Below, one piece after another: positions 20,279 through 26,861 of a DNA stretch of 56,995 bases (positions within the stretch are counted from its first letter, which is position 1; every line of letters starts with the position of its first letter). Position numbers and translations under genes: made by a program. The stretch covers positions 1 to 56,995 of the forward strand of contig JBDSPG010000045.1 in the NCBI GenBank assembly GCA_039912685.1. Reading direction: 5' to 3'. This DNA is from Longimicrobiales bacterium. Lineage in GTDB: Bacteria; Gemmatimonadota; Gemmatimonadetes; Longimicrobiales; RSA9. Below the pieces are notes generated by a model. That model saw only the letters and a program-made list of their open reading frames with translations, searched no databases and was not told where the DNA came from.

Positions 20279-21041
20279 TCACATCCTCGTCATCACGCTC
20301 GATTGCACCGCCGTCATACGACGGCAGACCGCGCACGTCCTGCTCCGTGAGCGCGGGCGCATGCACGGTAGCGGTGTCTGCGGCAAGCTGAAGGAAACCG
20401 ATCGGCAGGAGCACGGTCCGCCGCTCCGCCGATGTCTCGCCAAGAAGCTGCATCGACAGGTAGCGCACTTTGAGCGCGTGCACGTCCACGACCACGTCCA
20501 CAACGGTGCCCTCCGTGCCATCGCCATCGAGACGGATGCGCCAGCCGTGAATGTCCGGCTCGTCCTCCGCGATGCGGTAGCCATCCAGTGACGCCAGCGG
20601 CTGCAGCGGCCGCGCATCCGCGTCCACGGGCTGCGTTGCAATGATCGGATGCTCGCCGGCGAAAAGCATTCGATGCTCATAGCCCGGATGCGCGTAATAC
20701 CGCTCGCCGTGGTAAATGCGGCCATGTGCGTCGAGCAACGCGTCCTCGTACGGATCGTCGACTGTATCCGACTCGCCGTAGGGTGGGATCTGCTGCAGCT
20801 CCTCTAGGAGTGCGGCGCGCAGCTTCACATGAGGCACGTCGACGGACACGATGCGAGCATGGCCGATCGGGATCAGGACGTGCCGCTGCGGCTCGACAAG
20901 CGAAAGGTCGAGGTAACGCACGAGACCCGTGTCCGCTTCGACCAGCGCGCCATAGAGTTCGCCTACTGGGATCCCCGTCGCATCCGCAGCCGACAGGCCT
21001 TTGAGATCCTGGACCGGACGCAATGGGATCCGTTCGTACAT
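20205..21041 (-). CDS. PRC-barrel domain protein (two PRC-barrel-like repeats)
   Basis: Start at ATG 21041 (MYERIPLRPVQDL...). Repeated pattern G.PVGELYGALVEADTGLVRYLDL / IHGWRIRLDGDGTEGTVVDVVVDVHALKVRYLSM, as in PRC-barrel proteins. Confidence 0.68.
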   Translation of the reverse strand: MYERIPLRPVQDLKGLSAADATGIPVGELYGALVEADTGLVRYLDLSLVEPQRHVLIPIGHARIVSVDVPHVKLRAALLEELQQIPPYGESDTVDDPYEDALLDAHGRIYHGERYYAHPGYEHRMLFAGEHPIIATQPVDADARPLQPLASLDGYRIAEDEPDIHGWRIRLDGDGTEGTVVDVVVDVHALKVRYLSMQLLGETSAERRTVLLPIGFLQLAADTATVHAPALTEQDVRGLPSYDGGAIERDDEDVIRRMLRESLKGNRRYHLPDYYPAV

Positions 21042-21201
21042 GTCTGCCAATCGGCCTTCCCTTCGTTCGTGTTTCCGCTCTCCGATGCAATGCACGTTCC
21101 GAACGTGGTTCGCGCGGGCATTCCTTGACATGCCTCCAGCCCCGGCCTACGCTTCGCCGCCCCCGCCTGAAGGGGCTGCCAAGTCCCGGTCCGGAAGCTT
21201 A

Positions 21202-21675
21202 ATGCGTTATCGTCGCGACGTCTCTGCTGGCATAATCGTCTTTCACAGAACACCCGACGGCTGCCGGTTCCTGCTGCTGCTGTCACGCCTCACGAAACGA
21301 CCGCTCTGGGAGTTTCCGAAGGGGGGCGTCGACGAGGGGGAGACCGTGCTCCAGGCTGCTCTGCGCGAGCTGGAGGAGGAAACCGGCCTGCGGGCGGATG
21401 ACGTCACGATGTGCGAAGGATTCCAGCACAAGGAGGACTACCGCTTCACGTCCGGGAAGGGCGAAGAGCGCGTGTTGATCCGGAAGGCAGTGACGTATTT
21501 TCTGGCAGAGGCAAAGCGGACCGAGGTAACGCTCTCGGCCCACGAGGCGAGTGACTTTGCCTGGCTTACACTGTCCGAGGCGACGACGAAGGTTCGCTAT
21601 GCGGCGAGGCGCCGGATGCTCGAGGCTGCCGCGCGCGCGGGGGGCTGTCTGCCCCCCGAACCGGAGACCGCCTAG
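21202..21675 (+). CDS. NUDIX hydrolase (Ap4A-hydrolase-like)
   Basis: ATG 21202 (MRYRRDVSAGIIVF...). Nudix box KGGVDEGETVLQAALRELEEETGL. Confidence 0.85.
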   Translation: MRYRRDVSAGIIVFHRTPDGCRFLLLLSRLTKRPLWEFPKGGVDEGETVLQAALRELEEETGLRADDVTMCEGFQHKEDYRFTSGKGEERVLIRKAVTYFLAEAKRTEVTLSAHEASDFAWLTLSEATTKVRYAARRRMLEAAARAGGCLPPEPETA

Positions 21676-22232
21676 GACCGGCTGGCCTCGGAGAGGATGC
21701 GCCGGAGCCGCGTGGTCAACAGACCGTCGGTGACCGTCAGAGCCTGGCCGATCACTTCGAACCGCGTATCCCCTGTGAACGTCTCGCCCGCTTCCGTCCA
21801 CAGACGGCCCGTCGGCTCCACGAATACGAGCCGGCCGCAGCAGCGACGGGTCTGATTCCAGCACTGCAGCAGCACACGCCAGGTATGGCCATCGATCGTA
21901 ATCGTTCTCACGTCGACGGTCTCCGTGAAGCCGGCATCATCCCGATAGCCAGGCACCGGGTCGGGCCTTGGCACTGCGACGGCCCGATTCGCTCTCGCCG
22001 GCTCCACCCGCACGATGCCCTGCCACCCGCACGCCAGACACCAGCGTCGCTCGAGTTGGAATCGGCGGAAACGTGGCAACAGCTGAAGCGCCCGGGCCAG
22101 CAATTGGATGGTTTCGCCCGTACAGCGCGGGCAATCGCGACCGGCCGGGAGGGAGCGCAGGCTTACCAGTGCGCTCAGGCCGAGCGGGATCAGAAAAATC
22201 AGAATCAGATACGAGCCAATGAGCCACAGCAC
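21672..22232 (-). CDS. Hypothetical membrane-anchored protein with putative zinc ribbon
   Basis: GTG start. N-terminal TM LWLIGSYLILIFLIPLGLSALV, then CPRC-x33-CLAC. The C-terminal ~100 aa are unrecognised. Confidence 0.5.
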   Translation of the reverse strand: MLWLIGSYLILIFLIPLGLSALVSLRSLPAGRDCPRCTGETIQLLARALQLLPRFRRFQLERRWCLACGWQGIVRVEPARANRAVAVPRPDPVPGYRDDAGFTETVDVRTITIDGHTWRVLLQCWNQTRRCCGRLVFVEPTGRLWTEAGETFTGDTRFEVIGQALTVTDGLLTTRLRRILSEASRS

Positions 22233-22512
22233 GACGCTATCCCCGATGCAGATTCAACTTCCAGGACTCAAGGGGCAAAAAATGGACCTCGCAGGGTGCG
22301 TGAATCGACCCGACCTGCTATGTTTGTCCCGCACCGGTCGCGGCAGTGGCTATGTCTCTTTCTTGACATGGCCCCTGCTTATAGCGCAATTTTATCCGGC
22401 TGGTTAGTCCGCTCCCCAGGGAGTGACCCTGGCGGAGAGCGACGTCAGGAGCTGGGACGGCACGTCGAACGACGTGTCCCGTCAAATTTTGGGACCCTTA
22501 TCGGAGGTAGAT

Positions 22513-22713
22513 ATGAAGCGTTCGTTCTTGACCGTTCTGGCTGTATCGTCGCTGCTCGTGCTCGGCGCTTGCTCGTCGGATGACGACACAACGGCAGACA
22601 CCACCGTTGATGCAACTCTCCCGGCACCGGCACCGATGCCGGCAGATTCCGGCGCAATGATGACGATGGACAGCACGATGACCATGGACTCGACGACGAC
22701 ATCGGGCAACTAA
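22513..22713 (+). CDS. Small Met-rich lipoprotein (66 aa)
   Basis: GGAGG 7 nt upstream of ATG 22513. Signal peptide plus lipobox MKRSFLTVLAVSSLLVLGAC. Mature part ends ...GAMMTMDSTMTMDSTTTSGN. Followed by an intrinsic terminator. Confidence 0.6.
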   Translation: MKRSFLTVLAVSSLLVLGACSSDDDTTADTTVDATLPAPAPMPADSGAMMTMDSTMTMDSTTTSGN

Positions 22714-22736
22714 CCGATTCGGTTTTCTGAGTAAAG

Positions 22737-22772
22737 ACACGGCGCGGATCTTCGGGTTCGCGCCGTGTTTTG
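22737..22772 (+). terminator. Rho-independent terminator
   Basis: ACACGGCGCG (22737-46) pairs with CGCGCCGTGT (22759-68) around a 12-nt loop, followed by TTTTG. Confidence 0.72.
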
Positions 22773-23001
22773 CATCTGGGATGTCAGCAATGGCAGAATG
22801 GGTTGCATGCAGGCATCGATAGGCCATTTCGCCGGATCGTCACGGATGACAGGTTCCTGAACGTTCCAAAGGTGATCGACGCAGAAATTCGGTAAAAAGG
22901 GTCAGGGCCCTGTATTTTTTTCCCGTAATTCGACGGCCGCGCGGGCGGCGGAAATTGCGTAAATGACTATACGCAGGCTACTTACAGAAATACACCATGC
23001 G

Positions 23002-23017
23002 TGGCAGCAAACGTGCT
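23002..23017 (+). promoter_or_regulatory. Sigma-54-type (-24/-12) promoter candidate
   Basis: TGGCAG-N5-GTGCT. GG at 23003-04 and GC at 23015-16 have the canonical 12-nt register of TGGCAC-N5-TTGCA. It lies about 108 nt upstream of ATG 23125. Confidence 0.25.
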
Positions 23018-23124
23018 TTAAGGATTGGCACAACTTGATTAGCCGTGGCGAGCGGGAACTCCGGGGAGACCGCCACGGAAAAGGCGGGCGGTCGTTGATA
23101 CTGACGACCGCTTCGTCTTTTTTT

Positions 23125-23733
23125 ATGACTGTACTGGTTGCACTGCCGCTGCACGGCCAGGCGCGTCTGCAGTTAAAAGCCGGGTTCGCCGCGTCGGGTC
23201 TGGTGCTCCGCGATCAAATCGCAACGCCAGGGCTGCGCAGCCTGCTGGGAAATGGTGTGGACGAAGATGTGAGCGCGCGCTTCAAGCCCGCGGCCATGTT
23301 GGGGCTGGGCGTGGAGGTCCCGCTCCGGCCGGGTACGCAAGTGATGTTCGCGGGCAGCTGGTCAGGTACGACGCTGGAAGCGGAGGACGGCGCGGGCACG
23401 CGTGACGTACAGGACGTGTCCGTGATCCAGGCGGTATTCGGAATGCGACGGATGATCGGCGATTTGCTGGAGGCCAGCGGCGGTTTTGGCGCGATCTACT
23501 TTTCAGGCGACGGTCGCGGACTCATGGCGGGCGGTGCGGATGTGGCGCCGCTTGTGGAGGCAGGCCTGGGCGGTGGTTGGAACAGCGGCGAGCATCGCAT
23601 CCACGTGCGCGCCGTCGGGCAGTTGCACCGCTTCGGCACAGAGGCGATCACGTCGATCGGTGGCCAAAGCGGAAACGTGAAGCGCTACGGCATCGAGGCC
23701 GCGTTCACATGGAAGGGCGCGGTGGCACGATGA
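23125..23733 (+). CDS. Hypothetical secreted protein, possible outer-membrane beta-barrel
   Basis: Alternating Gly/aromatic-rich strands (AAMLGLGVEV, AVFGMRR, GFGAIYFSG, RYGIEAAFTW C-terminus). Start uncertain: ATG 23125, or TTG 23095 which would give the signal peptide ILTTASSFFMTVLVALPLHGQA. The track start 22963 lies in AT-rich non-coding-looking sequence. Confidence 0.5.
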   Translation: MTVLVALPLHGQARLQLKAGFAASGLVLRDQIATPGLRSLLGNGVDEDVSARFKPAAMLGLGVEVPLRPGTQVMFAGSWSGTTLEAEDGAGTRDVQDVSVIQAVFGMRRMIGDLLEASGGFGAIYFSGDGRGLMAGGADVAPLVEAGLGGGWNSGEHRIHVRAVGQLHRFGTEAITSIGGQSGNVKRYGIEAAFTWKGAVAR

Positions 23734-24422
23734 AACCGCTTCGCATGTTCGCGCTCGCCGTAGCACTCACGAGTGGCGCCGCATTCATTTCCGCATGTGA
23801 GTCACCGACACTGCCGCCGCGTTCGACAACTGATGTATACGACTTCCGGCTTCGCAGCGACACGTTCCATATTTTTCACTGGCCTGCCGGCACGGACGTG
23901 CGCGTGTTCATCTACGCAACGAAGCCGGCGCGCGTCGACTCGATGGCCGCGTCGTTCGAGCGCGGTGCTGCGATGTGGAACGCATACTCACTGTTCGGCG
24001 AGTACCAGCTCGTTCGCGCGCAGACTATTGACGAAGCCGACGTCGTGGTTCGCTGGTCCGACGATCTCGCACCTGTCGACGACAGCGAATGCTCGCCGAC
24101 ATTCTCCAGTGGCGTCACCACATTCTGCATCGATGATCTGGATGCCACGCCCCTCCGCCTCGCCACATTCCCGCCGCTCCCTGCCGCGCCCGGCGCGGAA
24201 GGCGTAAAAATGCTCGTGACGATCCTCGCCTCACAGGCGACCATCCCCGGCCGCATCGACCGACTCCTCGCACACGAGCTCGGTCACGTACTCGGCATTG
24301 GGCAACACTCGCTGAACAGAAATGACCTGATGTACGGCGATCCGGTAGTTGACGTACTCAGTCGACGGGATATCGCAACGGTGCAGGTTCTCTACCATAC
24401 CACGGCGGACGTGTTTCCCTGA
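23730..24422 (+). CDS. Zinc metalloprotease lipoprotein (metzincin/matrixin-like)
   Basis: ATG 23730 (ATGA overlap with the upstream stop). Lipobox LTSGAAFISAC. Zinc motif HELGHVLGIGQHS (HExxHxxGxxH). Confidence 0.75.
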   Translation: MKPLRMFALAVALTSGAAFISACESPTLPPRSTTDVYDFRLRSDTFHIFHWPAGTDVRVFIYATKPARVDSMAASFERGAAMWNAYSLFGEYQLVRAQTIDEADVVVRWSDDLAPVDDSECSPTFSSGVTTFCIDDLDATPLRLATFPPLPAAPGAEGVKMLVTILASQATIPGRIDRLLAHELGHVLGIGQHSLNRNDLMYGDPVVDVLSRRDIATVQVLYHTTADVFP

Positions 24423-24440
24423 CCTTGCAGTGTCAGATCG

Positions 24441-24469
24441 TTGACGAGTAAGAAAGGATTCACTAGAGT
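24441..24469 (+). promoter_or_regulatory. Sigma-70-like promoter candidate for the ncRNA
   Basis: -35 TTGACG (24441-46), 17-nt spacer, -10 TAGAGT (24464-69). Confidence 0.4.
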
Positions 24470-24475
24470 CTAGAA

Positions 24476-24675
24476 GCGTCAAGAAACGCACTGAAGGAAT
24501 ACTTTTTGGGCCTACAAGTACAACCGTTGGGGCTGACTCCAGCCCGGGACATCATGCCTCGCGAGAGGAAGGTGGAAGGGGAGGGGTGGTCACCAGTCGA
24601 TAACGACTGGGCTCCAAAAAAACCTTCAGTGCGTTTCGTTCTGGCCCGCCCCGGCATCGGGGCGGGCGTTTTTTT
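24476..24675 (+). ncRNA. Structured ~200-nt small RNA candidate (6S-RNA-like architecture; identity unverified)
   Basis: Perfect 15-bp long-range helix 24483-97/24623-37, extended by a 10-bp helix 24503-12/24610-20. Central GNRA hairpin 24557-68 and an internal hairpin 24594-609. Intrinsic terminator at the 3' end. The 5' end is estimated from the promoter only. Confidence 0.6.
24644..24675 (+). terminator. Rho-independent terminator
   Basis: GCCCGCCCCG (24644-53) pairs with CGGGGCGGGC (24658-67), loop GCAT, followed by G plus T7 (24669-75). Confidence 0.85.
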
Positions 24676-24702
24676 GCCCCTGCCCGGCTGTTGGTCCATA
24701 AT
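24674..24702 (+). promoter_or_regulatory. Sigma-70-like promoter candidate for the pterin operon
   Basis: -35 TTGCCC (24674-79), 17-nt spacer, -10 CATAAT (24697-702), about 48 nt upstream of ATG 24750. Confidence 0.35.
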
Positions 24703-24749
24703 AGGGGTTTAAAAGAGCGGTGGGATCAGTCCAGGGGAGTAGGAGCAAG

Positions 24750-25166
24750 ATGGCACGGGTACGGGTCACGAGAAGGCTGCATTTCGCGGCGGCGCACCGG
24801 CTGCGTCGTGAGGATTGGAGCGAGGAGAAGAATCGCGAGGTCTTCGGACTCTGCGCGAGTCCGAACTGGCACGGTCACAACTACGAGTTGGATGTGACGG
24901 TGGAAGGCGAAGTGGATCCAGCGACGGGCTTCGTGATCGACCTGGGGCATGTTCGGGAGCTGGTGGAGGCGCGGGTCGTAAAGGACTTGGACCATCGCAA
25001 CCTGAACATGGACGTGGATTGGCTCAGCGATGTGAATCCGACGACAGAGAACCTTGTCGTCGGGATGTGGCAAAGGATTGTGGATGGTCTGCCATCGGGC
25101 GTGTGCCTGGCACGTCTGGTGTTGTGGGAGACGCCGCGCAATTACGTGGAGTATACGGGAGAATAG
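24750..25166 (+). CDS. 6-pyruvoyl-tetrahydropterin synthase, PTPS-I-like (COG0720)
   Basis: AGGAG 5 nt upstream of ATG 24750. RRLHFAAAHRL, C-x5-HGH motif (LCASPNWHGHNYEL), DHRNLNMDV...TTENLVV. Confidence 0.85.
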   Translation: MARVRVTRRLHFAAAHRLRREDWSEEKNREVFGLCASPNWHGHNYELDVTVEGEVDPATGFVIDLGHVRELVEARVVKDLDHRNLNMDVDWLSDVNPTTENLVVGMWQRIVDGLPSGVCLARLVLWETPRNYVEYTGE

Positions 25167-25175
25167 GGCGAGATT

Positions 25176-25757
25176 ATGGGACTGCGCGATGTAGAGGTGC
25201 CGGAGCTCGTGGCCGAGCTGCTGCGGCGTCTGGGCGAGGATCCGGAGCGTGACGGTCTGGCGAGAACGCCGGAGCGGGTGCATCGCAGTCTGGAGTTCCT
25301 GACGCAGGGCTACGCGATGTCGGTGCCGGATGTGATCGGGGACGCGATGTTCAATGAGGATCATCACAATATGGTGATCGTAAAGGACATTGAGATGTAC
25401 TCGCTGTGCGAGCACCATCTGCTGCCGTTCTTCGGGAAGGTGCACGTCGCATACATCCCGAACGGCAAGATTGTGGGACTGTCGAAAATTCCGCGCATTG
25501 TCGACGTATTTGCGCGTCGCCTGCAGGTGCAGGAGCGGCTCACGACACAAATCCTGGATGCGCTGGTGGATGTCCTGCAGCCGGAGGGCGTCGGTGTCGT
25601 GATCGAGGCATATCACCTCTGCATGATGATGCGCGGCGTGCAGAAGCAGAACTCGAAGACGATCACAAGCGCGATGCACGGTGCGTTCCTGGAGGACAAC
25701 CGCACGCGCGAGGAATTCCTGCGTCTCACATCGTCGACACATGGCATCCTCGGCTGA
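25176..25757 (+). CDS. folE: GTP cyclohydrolase I (FolE type I)
   Basis: [59 protein letters not shown]. Confidence 0.93.
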   Translation: MGLRDVEVPELVAELLRRLGEDPERDGLARTPERVHRSLEFLTQGYAMSVPDVIGDAMFNEDHHNMVIVKDIEMYSLCEHHLLPFFGKVHVAYIPNGKIVGLSKIPRIVDVFARRLQVQERLTTQILDALVDVLQPEGVGVVIEAYHLCMMMRGVQKQNSKTITSAMHGAFLEDNRTREEFLRLTSSTHGILG

Positions 25758-26472
25758 TCCCGGAGGCGTGCTGCACGGCTGCAGTGCGCTGGTTACGGGC
25801 GGCTCGCGCGGCATCGGTCGCGCGATTGCCGAAGCGCTGGTGTCAGCCGGCGTGCGCACGATCATTATGGCGCGCGATGCCGCAGGCCTGGATGCCACGT
25901 GCGCGGAAATCGGAGCAGAGTCGATCGTTTGCGACGTTGCAGATCCCGCTGGAGTCGAGCTCATGCTGGATGAAATCGTCGTGCGGCTCGCGGGTGCGCC
26001 GGACATCCTGGTGAATGCTGCAGGTGCATTCACGGTTGGCGCGGCGGCGGACACGCCGCTCGCAGTGTTCGATGCAGCGCTCGCGACGAACCTGCGTGGT
26101 CCATTTCAACTGATCGCAGGACTGCTGCCGCACATGCAGACTCGTGGCACGGGACACATCGTCAGCATCGGCTCCATCGCGGGCCGTATCGCGTTCGCAG
26201 GGAACAGCTCGTATTCGGCCGGCAAGTTTGGGCTCCGCGGACTGCATGCCGTACTCGACGCAGAGCTGACGGGAACGGGCATCCGCACGACACTGATCGA
26301 GCCGGCCGCGACCGACACCACGCTGTGGGACAGCATAGATCCTGCTGCAACACCGGGACTGCCGGAACGGAGCGCAATGCTTGCACCTGAGGCCGTCGCA
26401 GAAGCCGTACTCTTCGCGCTCACGCGAGCGCCGGATGTCGCCATCCGCAACATCATCATGGAGCGATCCTGA
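25741..26472 (+). CDS. SDR-family oxidoreductase (candidate sepiapterin/pterin reductase by context)
   Basis: ATG 25741, 17-nt overlap with fol[20 protein letters not shown], catalytic YSAGKFG. Confidence 0.8.
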   Translation: MASSADPGGVLHGCSALVTGGSRGIGRAIAEALVSAGVRTIIMARDAAGLDATCAEIGAESIVCDVADPAGVELMLDEIVVRLAGAPDILVNAAGAFTVGAAADTPLAVFDAALATNLRGPFQLIAGLLPHMQTRGTGHIVSIGSIAGRIAFAGNSSYSAGKFGLRGLHAVLDAELTGTGIRTTLIEPAATDTTLWDSIDPAATPGLPERSAMLAPEAVAEAVLFALTRAPDVAIRNIIMERS

Positions 26473-26474
26473 GC

Positions 26475-26861
26475 ATGTTCGTCGTTACAGTGCAAGCCCA
26501 TTATGACAGCGCGCACTTCCTGCGCAACTACCACGGCAAGTGCGAGCGCCTGCACGGGCACCGTTACGTCGTGGAGGTCGCGCTCGCGTCAGAGAAGCTG
26601 AACGAGTCGGGGATTGCATTCGACTTCGTCGACGTCAAGAAGCATGTGCGCGAGCTGGCGAACCACCTTGATCATCAGAACATCAATGACCTGCCGCCGT
26701 TCGATGCGATCGAGCCTTCCGCCGAGAACCAGGCGCGCTGGTTCTATGACGAGCTCGATCGTGTGCTGCCGACTGATATGGCGGCCGCGCTGCTGTACGT
26801 GAAAGTGTGGGAGACACCGACACAATTCGCGATGTATTCCGAACGGAGCCTCTGGATATGA
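26475..26861 (+). CDS. queD: 6-carboxy-5,6,7,8-tetrahydropterin synthase QueD-type (COG0720)
   Basis: 128 aa. C-x3-HGH motif (GKCERLHGHRY), LDHQNIND, SAENQARW. Confidence 0.83.
   Translation: MFVVTVQAHYDSAHFLRNYHGKCERLHGHRYVVEVALASEKLNESGIAFDFVDVKKHVRELANHLDHQNINDLPPFDAIEPSAENQARWFYDELDRVLPTDMAAALLYVKVWETPTQFAMYSERSLWI

Noticed and set aside
22363-22395. TTGACA at 22363-68 as the promoter of the small lipoprotein gene
   Set aside because: No acceptable -10 hexamer lies at 16-18 nt spacing (GCAATT/CAATTT only). The evidence is too weak to report as a feature.
23027-23040. Second TGGCAC element (TTGGCACAACTTGATT) as a sigma-54 promoter
   Set aside because: The -24-like TGGCAC is perfect, but no GC dinucleotide sits at the required 12-nt register (TT at that position).
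22963-23094. N-terminal extension (from ATG 22963) of the beta-barrel ORF
   Set aside because: The sequence is AT-rich, contains two stable hairpins and a T-run, and translates to an atypical peptide (MTIRRLLTEIHHAWQQTCFKDW...). It is more likely a 5' leader. I have not fully excluded it as coding.
24476-24675. Riboswitch or leader of the PTPS-folE operon (preQ1-, THF- or Moco-type)
   Set aside because: No consensus of those classes was recognised by eye. The 25-bp closing rod is far more stable than a switching P1 helix. A separate promoter-like element lies after the terminator. I kept it as a minor alternative because the G-rich tract could pair with the terminator 5' arm.
24476-24675. 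Retron msr/msd, SRP (4.5S) RNA, tmRNA or RNase P RNA
   Set aside because: The long terminal inverted repeats resemble retron a1/a2, but no reverse transcriptase gene is nearby. The conserved SRP domain IV sequence (GGAA tetraloop with AGCAGCC context) is absent. There is no tRNA-like end for tmRNA. The RNA is too short for RNase P.
24463-24712. Small ORFs 24506-24712 (+) and 24463-24699 (-) over the intergenic RNA region
   Set aside because: They coincide with extensive long-range base pairing and an intrinsic terminator. They have no Shine-Dalgarno sequence and odd Gly/Pro/Arg-rich peptides. The RNA interpretation fits better.
24726-26054. 442-aa minus-strand ORF
   Set aside because: It is antisense to the PTPS, folE and SDR genes, which carry unmistakable motifs. 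Its product is His/Arg/Leu-rich with no motifs. It is a high-GC shadow ORF.
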